Of a stretch of 64,000 bases of DNA, positions 1 to 10,669 are shown one piece after another (within the stretch, counting starts at the first letter, position 1; every line of letters starts with the position of its first letter). Origin of the DNA: a bacterium (GTDB lineage Bacteria; Patescibacteriota; Minisyncoccia; 2-01-FULL-47-10; JBBIMT01). The notes under the pieces are model-generated. The model was not told the DNA's origin, did no database searches, and saw only the letters and a list, made by a program, of their open reading frames with translations. The DNA is taken from assembly GCA_037443185.1 (NCBI GenBank), contig JBBIOV010000003.1, forward strand, positions 5,458-69,457, in the 5' to 3' direction. The translations under genes and the position numbers were made by a program.

Positions 1-387
1 TCGCCAACTTGAAAAATACTTTTATTATTTTCAATTTTAATATCAGCAATAGGCACTTGGTTAATTGTAAAAGTTTTTTTAGTGTAGTTTTTTTTAAAAA
101 GGTTGAGTTTCTACTAAAGTCTACTCCATTCCAGGAATAATTTCAATATTATTATCTGAAAATATAAAAGCTAATTTGCATTCGTAAGTTTTCTGTGCTT
201 CTACCTCAAAAGATAAAAATTTTTTATCTACTTTTATCGAACATCTGTCCATTGCACTACATTTCTTGCCGTTTACAGTTAATTGTTTTTCAAAACAAGA
301 AACTCCTTTGGCAAATACGGCAGTCGAAAAATCATTACCATTCAGTCCATTATTAATATTACCAGGTTTCCAATATATTGTTGGTGG

Positions 388-1035
388 CTATTTATTTATA
401 TCAACCGGCGGGCTATCATCTGGACCTCCAACATCTATCCAATCGCTTGGCTCATTTTTTACTTCAACTTCAACTGGTTTTTTTGGTAAAATAAGTACTC
501 CATCAGCCAGTGGTATATTTTCTTGAATAAAATAGATAGAATTTTTTAATTGGAAATCCATTTGTACTTGATACTGATAAGATGCTGTTGGATCAATTGT
601 TGCTGGAGGAGTATCTCCGTATTTTTTGATAAAATCGGCTTTTTGTGGTGATATTTTTACGATTTTAAATTTTACTCCGGTTGGTTTATCAATATATATT
701 TCTTCTTTTCCTGATCTATCAATCTGCTCTTTTGCATTAAAAGAATATCTATATAATTCTTCTTTTCCTGAATTATTTTTATCCAAAAATATCTCAAAAG
801 AAAAATTTTCTTGACCAAATACTAACTTACTAAAGGCTACTATACCAAAAAACATTAAAATAAAAACATTTCTTAAAAACATACCTTTTCTCTTTTTTAA
901 AACAAACGATATAACCGTAATAATTATTAAAATCGTTGATAAAGCCAAAAACCAAAATAATTGTTTTTTCAAAATATCGGCTATAACATGATTATTTTTT
1001 AACAAAAAATCATCTGTCAAAACAAACATTTCCAC
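388..1035 (-). CDS. Hypothetical membrane-anchored protein. It has one N-terminal TM, and its frame continues past an in-frame TAG to ~nt 126.
   Basis: 215-aa ORF with a hydrophobic segment near the N-terminus and no recognisable domain. The same reading frame stays open for ~85 more codons after the TAG at 388-390. Confidence 0.35.
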   Translation of the reverse strand: MEMFVLTDDFLLKNNHVIADILKKQLFWFLALSTILIIITVISFVLKKRKGMFLRNVFILMFFGIVAFSKLVFGQENFSFEIFLDKNNSGKEELYRYSFNAKEQIDRSGKEEIYIDKPTGVKFKIVKISPQKADFIKKYGDTPPATIDPTASYQYQVQMDFQLKNSIYFIQENIPLADGVLILPKKPVEVEVKNEPSDWIDVGGPDDSPPVDINK

Positions 1036-1357
1036 TTATGAAAGAAGCGCTATATTGTCCAGGGCAGTGAAATTATTATTAGAGGAAAAGACGATGTCGA
1101 AAAAATTATCCATATAGATGACAAAACAATTATTAAACTCTTCCGTGATATCATCAAACCGATGCAGCTAAATTTAGGCGACAATGTGGTTGTCATAAGA
1201 GATTCTGATAAAGAAGGTAAAATAAACGCCAAGTTTATCAGCGTTATCCCAGCATTCCCAACTCGAATGGATAATTCATATCATCTTTTCCTTTTAAAAA
1301 ATGTTTTAATAAAATTAAATTCATTTTATGAGGATAGAAAAATTTTTTGAACTAAAT

Positions 1358-3130
1358 TATTAAACATAAAATCATCGTTTTAGTTGCACTTGCTCTTTTA
1401 TGGGGTGAATTTTATTTTATTAAAAATAATGGCGGTGGCACTTCAGAGCTAACTCATTATACTCTGACAACGACAACGGTTAAAAAAGAAACCATTATAC
1501 TTTCAGTTTCCGGGAGTGGAAAGTTTTATCTTTAAGTCAAATTGATTTGAAACCAAAAGTCTCGGGGACGTTATTTTTGTCGGTGTGAAAATGGCGATAA
1601 AGTTAAGAAAGGCGAACTTATTTTGCAAATTGATTCGCGTGAAGCGCAAAAATTAGTTCGAGATGCTCAAACAAACTTAGGAAGCGCAAAATTATCTTTT
1701 GAAAAATTGATTCAGCCGACAGATTCCTTTAACAATATTGCAGGCGGAAAATTCTTTAATAGAAATAAAAAAATTCTAAACTTCGCTATGGGGATAATTT
1801 AAAAAAATCTTATGAAGATAATTTAATAATGTTTTAAATGCTTTCTTAAATTTACCGTCAATTATAAGCGGATTAAATGATATTTTATTAGGAACAAACT
1901 TTAATTTTGTTCAAACGAATATGGATTATTATTCTTCTGAAGTTAAAATTTATGACCAGAAGATTTTGCAATACTAAGACGACGCTTATAAGTTATAACA
2001 AAAAGCTCGGGCTTTTTATGACAAAAATTTCGAAGATTACAAATCACTTTCAAGATTTTCTCCTGTTGAAGCGATTGAAGCATTAATTAGCCAAACTTAT
2101 GATACTGTAAAAGATATCGCTGAAGCAGTAAAAAGCGCTAATAATTTAATCCAATTTCATAAAGATAATTTATTGAAGAAAAATTGAAAACCTCATCCAC
2201 TTGCTGACACGCACCTTGCTCAGTTAACCATCTTTACTGCTAAAACTAATTCCTATCTTTTAAATCTTTTAAATATCAAACGTACTTTAGAAGATTTAAA
2301 AGAAAATATTGAGAGTTCTTCAAGAACTATGGAAGAAGAAAACAGCGATTCTTGAAAAATTAAAAAAGGACCAAATCCTCTTGATATTGAATCGCAAAGA
2401 CTTTTGATAAAACATAAAAAGAATGCCTTGCAAGATGCACAGGAAAAATCAGCTGATTATTCCTCTTTATGCTCCTTTTTCAGGAATTATCACAAAAATT
2501 ACTCTAAAAAAAGGAATTTTGTTTCTGCAAATTCAGTTATTGGCGTTTTACTTTCGCCCCAAAAAATAGCAGAAATTTCTTTAAGTGAAGTTGATATCTC
2601 AAAAGTTAAAATTAGTCAAAAAGCCGCCTTAAGCTTTGGGGTAGTACCAAATTTAAGTATTACAGATCAAGTTTCAAATATAGACACTATCGGATCTATT
2701 TCACAGGGGATCGTTTCTTTAATGTAAAAATAAGTTTTGATACTAATGATGAAAGAATTAAACCTGGAATTACCGTCAATGCGAATATTATTATCGATGT
2801 TAGGTCCGATGCTTTAGTTATTCCAATACAGCCCTAATTTCTCAAGGTAATAATTATTTTTTTAATATACCATCTAAAGATGAGACAGTCTTGCAGGATT
2901 TTATTCAAACTCAGCGTCAAAGCGCCTCAGGAGTGATTTTAAATACATTTTCTATTCGTCAAATTATTATCGCTGGTATTTTTGATGAAATATATTGAAG
3001 TTTTATCAGGCCTCAGCGAAGGTGATATAATAGTTGCAAGCGCCTTTAGAGCCAATAACACTACTTCCTCTAATAGAACTTTACCAACTCCTTCACCATT
3101 TAGAATTGCTGGCTTTGGTGGCTTTTTCAG
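1358..3130 (+). pseudogene. Decayed HlyD-family (MacA-like) periplasmic adaptor / membrane fusion protein
   Basis: The translation gives recognisable HlyD blocks split across several frames with stops. These blocks include an N-terminal TM followed by ...TVKKETIILSVSGSGK..., then LKPKVSGT.. and ..GDKVKKGELILQIDSREAQ, and finally C-terminal ..IKPGITVNANIIIDVRSDALVIPIQ and ..EVLSGLSEGDIIVASAF. No single ORF exceeds ~110 aa. Confidence 0.5.
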
Positions 3131-3289
3131 GTAAGAAATTTTTAATAAAAGTGTTCGTGAAATTTTATAATTTCAACGGAAAAGTTTTGCTTTATATGAT
3201 TGATTGTAAAAATATTTTCAAAATTTATAATAAAAGCGGAAAGATAGAAAATGTCGTTTAAAACGGATATCATTAAATATTTCATTAAA

Positions 3290-4383
3290 TATTGAAAAAG
3301 GGTAATTCGTAGCGATTATGGGACTTTCCGGATCTGGTAAATCAACTTTAATGCATATTCTTGGTTGTCTTGATGCTTCAACAAGTGGCTATTACTTCTT
3401 AGATGGAAAAATGTTACTAAATTATCAGAAGATGAATTAGCTGATATTCGCAATGAAAAAAATCGGATTCGTATTTCAATCTTTTAATCCCTTGCTAAGA
3501 ACAACCCAACGGCGTTTCCAAATTGTTTCTGAAACAGGTAATAATACTAATCAACTGTAATTGGTGTTTTTAATGATTATCTTTATGCACGTAATGTCAA
3601 ACTAAAAGAGGGGTCTTTTATTACCGATAATCATAATAGAAGTTTATCGCGCGTTGCCGTGTTAGGATCTGTGATGGCTGTTGATTTATTTAAAAAGGAA
3701 TAAATCCAATAAAAAACTATTCTTATCAATAAAATTAATTTCAAAGTAATCGTCATTTTATAAAAAAAAGAAAAACGATTTTTTTAATCCGGACGATTTA
3801 GTTTTGGCGCTACTTTTAACAATGCAAAAAGTTTTAACCGGCAATGATTTTCTTTTAAACATTACCTTAAGCATATTAGATAAACAACAAATTGATACTG
3901 TTAAAGAACATAACTTTGCTTTTAACGCAAAAACGCAGAGTTGCTGAACCTGATTTTATGTCGTGTAGCAGTCTGATATCGTTGGCGCTTTAACTCAAGT
4001 GACGATGACTTTTACAATTTTTTAGCTTCTATCGCTGGCATTTCACTTGTCGTTGGCGGAATCGGTATTATGAATATGATGCTTACTGCTGTTACTGAAT
4101 GAACTTGAGAGATAGGTTTGCATAAAGCGATTGAAGCCCAAAAAAAGATATTACGATGCAGTTTTTAGCAGAAGCGATTACGCTGACTTTTGGTAGTGGA
4201 ATTTTGGGTATAATTTTGGGGTGGACAGTTTTTGTTTCCCAAGTAACTGGTATCAATAATTAAATTTCTCTGTTTGCAATTTTTCTTGCAATCGGAGTTT
4301 CAGCGGCTATTGGGATAATTATTTGGTTTTTTCCAGCGAAACGCGCTGTATCGCTCAACCCTATTGATGCTTTAAAATATGAA
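3290..4383 (+). pseudogene. Decayed MacB-like ABC transporter. It retains a Walker-A ATPase fragment, a periplasmic domain and an FtsX permease. The central ATPase motifs are deleted.
   Basis: Walker [19 protein letters not shown] at ~3320-3380. An FtsX C-terminus IMNMMLTAVTE*T*EIG...GILGIILGW...FFPAKRAVSLNPIDALKYE follows, where TGA replaces the Arg codons of the conserved TERTREIG motif. There are frameshifts, and the ABC signature/Walker B region is missing. Confidence 0.55.
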
Positions 4384-4461
4384 TAAGATTTTTCCAAAAT
4401 GAATATTAAATGGAAGATTTAATTTTCATAATTTTTTTGAAATTAAATTTTTCTCAAAAAT

Positions 4462-4882
4462 ATGCAAAAAAATATCATCATTTCAGTATTAATAACTTTA
4501 ATTATTGGTGGTGCTTTTGGTTTTTAAGGCGGAATGAAATATTCCCAAAATAAAAAACAAGTTTCAGAGATTTAATTTTTGAACAAGGATAACAAAGAGG
4601 ACAACAATTTGAAAATTTTGGAAATTGTTCGAAGCAGGATTTTATTACCGGAAAAATAATCCCAAAGGATGATAAAAGTATTACAATAAAACTGCGCGAC
4701 GGTGGTTCAAAAATTGTTTTTTATTCATCTCAAACCGAAATTAGCAAATTTGCGAAAGAAGAAATCGCTGATTTGCAGATTGGCGATAATTTTTTAATTA
4801 GTGGGAAAGCCGGTGCAGATGGAAGTTTCATTGCCCAAACAATTCAGCTTAGACCAATCATTCAAATGCCTTTGCAAAGATA
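4462..4882 (+). pseudogene. Decayed small secreted DUF5666-like protein
   Basis: The N-terminal signal/TM MQKNIIISVLITLIIGGAFGF is interrupted by TAA. The C-terminal part sits in another frame (..KIIPKDDKSITIKLRDGGSKIVFYSSQTEISKFAKEEIADLQIGDNFLISGKAGADGSFIAQTIQLRP) and resembles a DUF5666 beta-barrel repeat. Confidence 0.35.
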
Positions 4883-5005
4883 AAAAATAGAATATTATTG
4901 ACTTTTTAGATTATATACAAGATAAAATTTGATATCTTTTTATTTTAAATATTTTCAATTAAAAGGCACTTGCGTAAATTTTAATTTCGCTTAAGATAAT
5001 CTATT

Positions 5006-6130
5006 ATGAAAGTAGCTTTAGTGCATGATTATTTGACGCAATTTGGCGGAGCGGAACAAGTGTTAAAAGCGCTATGTGAAATATTCCCTGAAGCGCCAAT
5101 TTATACTCTGATATACGATGAACAGAGAACGCACTATGTTTTTAAAAATACAAAAATAATCTCATCTTTTATTCAAAATTTACCTTTTTCGCGACGCCAC
5201 CATCGTTTCTATCCGTGGCTGATGCCAATTGCAATAGAAAGTTTTGATTTGTCAAAATATGATTTAGTTGTATCAGACTCAGCCTCGTTTGCCAAAGGCA
5301 TAATTACGCGGCCTCAAACTTTACATATTTGTTACTGTCACACTCCATTGCGTTATATATGGACTGATTCGCAAAGAGCCAACCTGGATTTTAAAAATTT
5401 CCCTTTTGCCTCTTTAATTATTCCTTATTTTCAGCATTATTTAAGATTATGGGATTTTGCTGCGGCGCAGAGAGTTGATTATTTCATTGCTAATTCCAAA
5501 AATGTCAGTCAAAGAATTAAAAAATACTACCGCCGAGATTCAGAGATAATATATCCACCAGTGCGAGTTTTGGAGATACAAAATAAACTTAAAAAAATAG
5601 AAAAAAAAGAAAAGCCTTTTCAAGATAAATATTTTTTGATTGTATCTAGACTTTTACCTTATAAATCCGTTGATATAGCTATTAAAGCATTTAAGGCTTT
5701 ACCTCAAGAAAATTTAATAGTGGTCGGCGGAGGAGCTCAATTAAATTATCTTAAAAAAATAGCGCCCAAAAATGTTTTTTTTGTCGGCGAAATACCTTTT
5801 GAAAAAATTGCCCCGTATTACGCTTTTGCTAAGGCTTTAATTTTTCCTCAGGAAGAAGATTTTGGTATGGCGGCGGTCGAGGCGTTGGCTTGTGGTCTTC
5901 CAGTTATTGGTTATAATCGTGGCGGTATAAAAGAAATTATAAAAGATAATGAATCTGGAATTTTATACGATGAGCAAAACGAAAAATCACTGTTCCAGGC
6001 AATAAAAAAATTTTTAGATAAAAAAGTGAAATTTAACAAAGAAAAATTAATGAAAGAAGCTCAACAATTTGATGAAGGAATATTTAAAGAAAAAATAAAA
6101 AACTTTATTCAAAACTTGTATAAAAAGTAA
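5006..6130 (+). CDS. Glycosyltransferase family 4 (GT-B, group 1)
   Basis: N-terminal MKVALVHDYLTQFGGAEQV and a C-terminal E-x7-E region (FPQEEDFGMAAVEALACGLPVIG) typical of GT4 enzymes. Confidence 0.75.
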   Translation: MKVALVHDYLTQFGGAEQVLKALCEIFPEAPIYTLIYDEQRTHYVFKNTKIISSFIQNLPFSRRHHRFYPWLMPIAIESFDLSKYDLVVSDSASFAKGIITRPQTLHICYCHTPLRYIWTDSQRANLDFKNFPFASLIIPYFQHYLRLWDFAAAQRVDYFIANSKNVSQRIKKYYRRDSEIIYPPVRVLEIQNKLKKIEKKEKPFQDKYFLIVSRLLPYKSVDIAIKAFKALPQENLIVVGGGAQLNYLKKIAPKNVFFVGEIPFEKIAPYYAFAKALIFPQEEDFGMAAVEALACGLPVIGYNRGGIKEIIKDNESGILYDEQNEKSLFQAIKKFLDKKVKFNKEKLMKEAQQFDEGIFKEKIKNFIQNLYKK

Positions 6131-6155
6131 AGAAAATAATTTTTTTAAACCAGAT

Positions 6156-7016
6156 TTAAAGTTTTCCTGCAGCGCCAAATAAAATTATTTTTTCTTTAAT
6201 CAATTTGTAAACTGTTTCTTTTGGAGTTTCAAATAATTTATAAGGCGTAGTTTCTTGAGGAGACTTTTTTATCTCTTCCTTTAAAGTATTAGTAAAAGCA
6301 AGGCGCACTTCGGTGTTGATGTGAATATTGTTTATGCCGTTTTTTATAGCATTTTTTATATCGCTTTCGCTAATGCCTGAACCGCCATGCAAAACTAAAG
6401 TTTGATTAGGCATAACATTATTTATTTCTTTTAAAAGTTTTATATCTAAAGAAGGATTACCTTTTAAGGTTATTCCATGAAAATTTCCAATCATTATTGC
6501 TAATCTATCGACGGAAGTTTTTTGGATGTAAGCTAAAGCTTCGTTTGGTTTTGTAAAATCTTCTTTTTTTAATTCTATTTTTTCGTGGATTTTCGATTCC
6601 CCAGCAATAAAACCTAACTCTCCTTCAACAGAAATATTTAAATCTTTCTTTTTTGCATAATTTAAAACTTCTTTAGTCATTTTTACATTTTCTTCAAAAG
6701 GATACTCCGAGGCGTCAATATGAATTGAATCATATCCAGCATCAATGGCTTTTTTTGCGTTTTCTACAGACTTTGTATGATCAGCGTTTAAAAATACTGG
6801 AAATCCAGTTTTAATCCTAAAACCTTTCACTAAACTAACAGCTTCCTCAAGCTCCATAAATTTTCTTTCTCCTTCTGAAGTGCCAATCATAACGGGGCTT
6901 TTTAATTCTCGCGCTGCATCTAAAATAGCATCAAAAATAATTGAATCGGCGATATTAAAATGAGGCAATGCCCATTTTTCTTTTTTAGCCCTATTTAACC
7001 AATAAGAGAGAGTCAT
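6156..7016 (-). CDS. fba: Class II fructose-bisphosphate aldolase family protein
   Basis: Motifs LPHFNI, NADHTKS, DSIHIDAS and LHGGSGI. The start is placed at the internal Met (MTLSYW..), since the upstream extension is low-complexity. Confidence 0.75.
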   Translation of the reverse strand: MTLSYWLNRAKKEKWALPHFNIADSIIFDAILDAARELKSPVMIGTSEGERKFMELEEAVSLVKGFRIKTGFPVFLNADHTKSVENAKKAIDAGYDSIHIDASEYPFEENVKMTKEVLNYAKKKDLNISVEGELGFIAGESKIHEKIELKKEDFTKPNEALAYIQKTSVDRLAIMIGNFHGITLKGNPSLDIKLLKEINNVMPNQTLVLHGGSGISESDIKNAIKNGINNIHINTEVRLAFTNTLKEEIKKSPQETTPYKLFETPKETVYKLIKEKIILFGAAGKL

Positions 7017-7142
7017 TGATATTAGTATATAGTATTTAACATATAGTATCAAGACTTTAAAAGTTAAACCTTTATAGCATATAATATCGCAAATCAAACA
7101 GTAAAAGTTGGTAATCTATTTATTTTAGGTTAAAATATTTTT

Positions 7143-8507
7143 ATGGAAATATTTTTAAAAGACATAAAATTGCCTATGTTCAAGAGAGTGCTAAAAGAAA
7201 AATATTGCTTTTTGATTTTTTTGATTTTTTTGACTACTATTTCTTTTAATTTTCCTGGGAAAATTTTTGCTTTAACGCGCGAAGAGCTTGAAGAAGAGTT
7301 AAAAAAAATTGAATTACAAATAAAAGAATACGAAAGAGAACTTGTTAAAACTCAAACTCAAAAACAAACTTTAATTAACACAATTAATCAGTTAAAAAAA
7401 GAACAAGAAAAAATTTCGCTTCAAATACGATCAACGAATTTGCAAATTAAAAAATTAGATAAAGAAATTGCTTCAGTGGAGAAGTTAATAAAAAATTTAT
7501 TGGAAAAAATTAATACTTTAAAGAACGATGTCTCGGGAATTATTCGCGTAATGTATGCTCGTGACAAGATATCTTTGGTGGAACTTTTCTTAACATCTAA
7601 CAGTTTTTCATCTTTTGTTTCAAAATCTGAAGCGTTAAAACAATTGTCCCAAAAACTCAATCTCGTTTTAAAAGAAGTTAAAAGGACAAAAGAAGAACTG
7701 GAACAGAAGCGTCAAGAACTTGAATCTAAACAAAATGACAAAAAAAATCTTTTAGCGATTCAAATTTTGCAGAGTCAAAATCTTCAATTTAAAACCGCTC
7801 AGCAAAATCAAATCTTAAAAGAAACGCAAGGCAAAGAAGCTAAATACCAAGCTTCTATCGCTGATTCAAAAAAACGCGCTCAGGAGATTCGAAGTCGTAT
7901 TTATGAACTTTTGGGAGTTAGCAATCAAATTACCTTCGGGGAAGCTGTGGAAATTGCTAAATGGGCGGAAAGTTTAACAGGGGTGCGCGCCGCTTTGCTC
8001 TTGGCAGTGTTAACTCAAGAGTCAAATTTAGGAAAAAATGTCGGGACTTGCAATCGACCAAGCGATCCACCTTCCAAAAGCTGGAAGGTGGTTATGAAGC
8101 CTGATCGAGATCAAAGTCATTTTTTAGCCATTTTGAATGAATTAAAAATGAATCCTGATGTTACTCCAATATCTTGTCCGATGCGCGATGCAAAAGGCAA
8201 TCAAATAGGGTGGGGAGGGGCAATGGGTCCAGCGCAATTTATTCCTTCAACTTGGGTGTTATATAAAGATAAAATCTCCGCTTTAACAGGTAAGAAACCG
8301 GCTAATCCTTGGAATATTAAAGATGCTTTTTTAGGAGCGGCTCTTTTATTAAAAGATAACGGTGCTATCACTGGTAATCAGGAGGCTGAATGGGCTGCGG
8401 CAATGAGATATTTTTCTGGCTCTACCAATCCTCGTTTTCGGTTTTATGGAGATAATGTGATGGCGATTGCTAAAAAATATGAACAAGATATCAAGGATAT
8501 AAGCTAA
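7143..8507 (+). CDS. Coiled-coil protein with a C-terminal lytic transglycosylase (SLT_2/MltB-like) domain
   Basis: An N-terminal TM is followed by ~250 aa of heptad-rich coiled coil. The C-terminus carries LTQESNLG ... GAMGPAQFIPSTW, the MltB/Slt35-type signature. Confidence 0.55.
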   Translation: MEIFLKDIKLPMFKRVLKEKYCFLIFLIFLTTISFNFPGKIFALTREELEEELKKIELQIKEYERELVKTQTQKQTLINTINQLKKEQEKISLQIRSTNLQIKKLDKEIASVEKLIKNLLEKINTLKNDVSGIIRVMYARDKISLVELFLTSNSFSSFVSKSEALKQLSQKLNLVLKEVKRTKEELEQKRQELESKQNDKKNLLAIQILQSQNLQFKTAQQNQILKETQGKEAKYQASIADSKKRAQEIRSRIYELLGVSNQITFGEAVEIAKWAESLTGVRAALLLAVLTQESNLGKNVGTCNRPSDPPSKSWKVVMKPDRDQSHFLAILNELKMNPDVTPISCPMRDAKGNQIGWGGAMGPAQFIPSTWVLYKDKISALTGKKPANPWNIKDAFLGAALLLKDNGAITGNQEAEWAAAMRYFSGSTNPRFRFYGDNVMAIAKKYEQDIKDIS

Positions 8508-8636
8508 TACAATCAAGTAGTTAAAGTCAAGCTTATATTAAAGAGGCAAACTTGATAATTGATTTTGAAAATCTTGCATTTTTTACAAGTATTGTTATAA
8601 TCTAACCACATTATAATTATTAACTTTATCAATATC

Positions 8637-9158
8637 ATTTTTCGTTATAGAATCAATCAACAAATAATCGTCCCAAAAGTCAGATTAATTGACGAAAATG
8701 GAGTGCAGATTGGCATAGTATCTCTTGAGGAGGCTAAAAAAATGGCTATAGACCGAGGTCTTGATTTGGTTGAAGTACAGCCTAATGCCGATCCTCCAGT
8801 TGTTAAGATTATTGATTTTTCAAAATTTTTGTATCAGTTTAAAAAAGCCAAAAAGAATAAGCCCCAACAAATCAAAACAAAGATTATTAGATTTTCGGTA
8901 AGAATAGCTGAACACGATTTGAATGTCAAAGCAAATCAAGCTTCAAAGTTTTTAAGCAAAGAATATAAAGTTCAAGTATTTTTAACATTAAAGGGGCGCG
9001 AGAAAGAACATAAAGATTTAGCTAAAGAGAAATTGCAAGAATTTTTAAATAAAATAAAGGAGGAATACGCTATTGAAACACCGCTAAAAGAAACTCCGGC
9101 AGGATTAACAATTTTATTAAGGAAAATCAATGCTCAAAACAAAAAAGTCAGCAGCTAA
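8637..9158 (+). CDS. infC: Translation initiation factor IF-3
   Basis: INQQIIVPKVRLIDENGVQIGIVSLEEA..IDRGLDLVEVQPNADPPVVKIIDFSKFLYQ matches the IF3 N- and C-domains. The frame is open upstream of the listed GTG with no ATG, so a non-AUG (ATT at ~8637) start is likely, as in other infC genes. The exact start is uncertain. Confidence 0.75.
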   Translation: MFRYRINQQIIVPKVRLIDENGVQIGIVSLEEAKKMAIDRGLDLVEVQPNADPPVVKIIDFSKFLYQFKKAKKNKPQQIKTKIIRFSVRIAEHDLNVKANQASKFLSKEYKVQVFLTLKGREKEHKDLAKEKLQEFLNKIKEEYAIETPLKETPAGLTILLRKINAQNKKVSS

Positions 9159-9321
9159 AAGATTTAAAATTACTAGCACTGGAAAAGTGCTTTTTCGGCC
9201 TGCTGGTATAAATCATTTTAGGGCAAAAAAATCTTCTAACGAATTAAGAGCAAAAAAAGTCTGGAAAAAATTAGAAGGTAAATTAGCAAAACAAATTAAA
9301 AGACTCTTACCATATCATTGA
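9130..9321 (+). CDS. rpmI: 50S ribosomal protein L35
   Basis: MLKTKKSAAKRFKITSTGKV..R..AG..H is a typical L35. It overlaps the infC 3' end, the usual operon arrangement. Confidence 0.85.
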   Translation: MLKTKKSAAKRFKITSTGKVLFRPAGINHFRAKKSSNELRAKKVWKKLEGKLAKQIKRLLPYH

Positions 9322-9415
9322 ATGTATAAAATCGATAGCAAGGCGCAGGTTTAATGACTTGATAATTTAAATTTATTAATAGTTGTAATTTTCCATAACA
9401 AACTAAAAATAATTT

Positions 9416-9769
9416 ATGCGTATCAAACGCGGAAAAGCAAGATTAAAAAGAAGGAAGCATATTTTAGAAGATGCTAAGGGTTTTAAATGGGGTAGAAAAT
9501 CAAAACTTCGTGCCGCTAAAGAAGCTCTTTTGCATGCACGCTATTTTGCTTATAGGGATCGTAAAAAGAAAAAATCAGAATTTAGAAAATTATGGAATAT
9601 TCAAATTAATGCTGCAGTTAGAGAATACGGAATATCTTATAGTAAGTTTATTTTTGGCTTGAAAAAATCAGGTTTAGCTATTGACCGAAAAATGCTTTCA
9701 GATTTAGCTCAGAATGCGCCATCGACCTTTAAAGCCGTTGTTTTAAAAGTAAAATCAGCCCTAAAGTAA
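9416..9769 (+). CDS. rplT: 50S ribosomal protein L20
   Basis: MRIKRGKARLKRRKHILEDAKGF...YAYRDRKKKK..FRKLWNIQINAAVREYGISYSKFI is a near-canonical L20. Confidence 0.9.
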   Translation: MRIKRGKARLKRRKHILEDAKGFKWGRKSKLRAAKEALLHARYFAYRDRKKKKSEFRKLWNIQINAAVREYGISYSKFIFGLKKSGLAIDRKMLSDLAQNAPSTFKAVVLKVKSALK

Positions 9770-10115
9770 AAACTCCTGTACTATCAACTAGGAAATCAAA
9801 AATATCACTATTTCTGCCAATGACGAAATGTTGATGAAATTCATCAGAAGCGCTATAAGCTAAAGCTACAAGCACCGCTTTTAAAAGCGGATTTTTTATT
9901 TTTTTATGTTGTTTTAAAGCGTTGAAAAGCAAAAAAGTAAAAATAAAAAATTCCGCAAAATGAGCGCTTTTACTTAACAATTCGCCTACGATTCCAGTGG
10001 GTAGAAAAAAAGAAGGTTGGGCAGAAAGAAAAAATATAACTGCCGCCCAAAATAATACTAAAAACCAATGGGAAATGACTCGAATTTTAAATGAATATTG
10101 ATGATAAGAAATCAT
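9729..10115 (-). CDS. VanZ-like family membrane protein
   Basis: Four TM segments with a DEFHQHFVIGRNSDIFD motif characteristic of the VanZ family. Confidence 0.5.
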   Translation of the reverse strand: MISYHQYSFKIRVISHWFLVLFWAAVIFFLSAQPSFFLPTGIVGELLSKSAHFAEFFIFTFLLFNALKQHKKIKNPLLKAVLVALAYSASDEFHQHFVIGRNSDIFDFLVDSTGVFTLGLILLLKQRL

Positions 10116-10560
10116 TTGCTTTTTTAAGTATTTTTTTTAAATTTTTATATTTAAGTTTCTTTAACGCTTTTTCATATGATGCCCAAATAAATTTTTTATG
10201 TTCATATGAAAGTCGCACTTTTTTAGAATAACTTTGGGCTAAAAAGAAATAAACTATTTTATATATTTTTTGTTTCCTTTTTTTCTGGTTTTGCTGAAAA
10301 TAATAAGAAATCTTTTCCTTGAATCCCTGATTTATTTTTTTTATTTTTAAACCGGTTTCTTCCCAAACTTCTCTTAAAGCCGCTTGTTCTAAAGTTTCAT
10401 TTTTTTTAAGATGGCCCTTTGGAAAATTCCAGATTTCATTTTCTCCTTGTAAAAGCAAAAACTTGAGACCTTTGTTGTCTTTTGAAAAAACCACGATGCC
10501 AGCACTGACCTCTTTTTTAGTAATACCAGTAATAAACTTTTTTGGAGATGTTTTAACCAA
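10087..10560 (-). CDS. NUDIX hydrolase
   Basis: Nudix box in FPKGHLKKNETLEQAALREVWEETGL (GX5EX7REVXEEXGU). Confidence 0.65.
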   Translation of the reverse strand: MVKTSPKKFITGITKKEVSAGIVVFSKDNKGLKFLLLQGENEIWNFPKGHLKKNETLEQAALREVWEETGLKIKKINQGFKEKISYYFQQNQKKRKQKIYKIVYFFLAQSYSKKVRLSYEHKKFIWASYEKALKKLKYKNLKKILKKANDFLSSIFI

Positions 10561-10669
10561 AATGCAATTTTATAAAAATTTTATCAATCTGTTTTTTTAA
10601 AAAACTATTGATTGAGTCAACATTATATTTTTTTAAAAATATCAGTGATTTAAATTTTAAAATTTTTAA

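Noticed and set aside
266-526. Plus-strand ORFs 266-526 and 283-489 (low-complexity S/T/G-rich translations).
   Set aside because: They overlap the better-supported minus-strand reading frame and have no homology, and their composition is atypical. They are likely spurious.
3290-4383. Possibility that the in-frame TGA codons at conserved Arg positions signal an alternative genetic code (TGA recoding, as in some CPR lineages).
   Set aside because: Many clearly complete genes in the window terminate at TGA (e.g. rpmI at 9319-9321, the LOG-like gene at ~20108). The broken region also contains TAA/TAG stops and frameshifts. CGA>TGA decay in a pseudogene explains it better.
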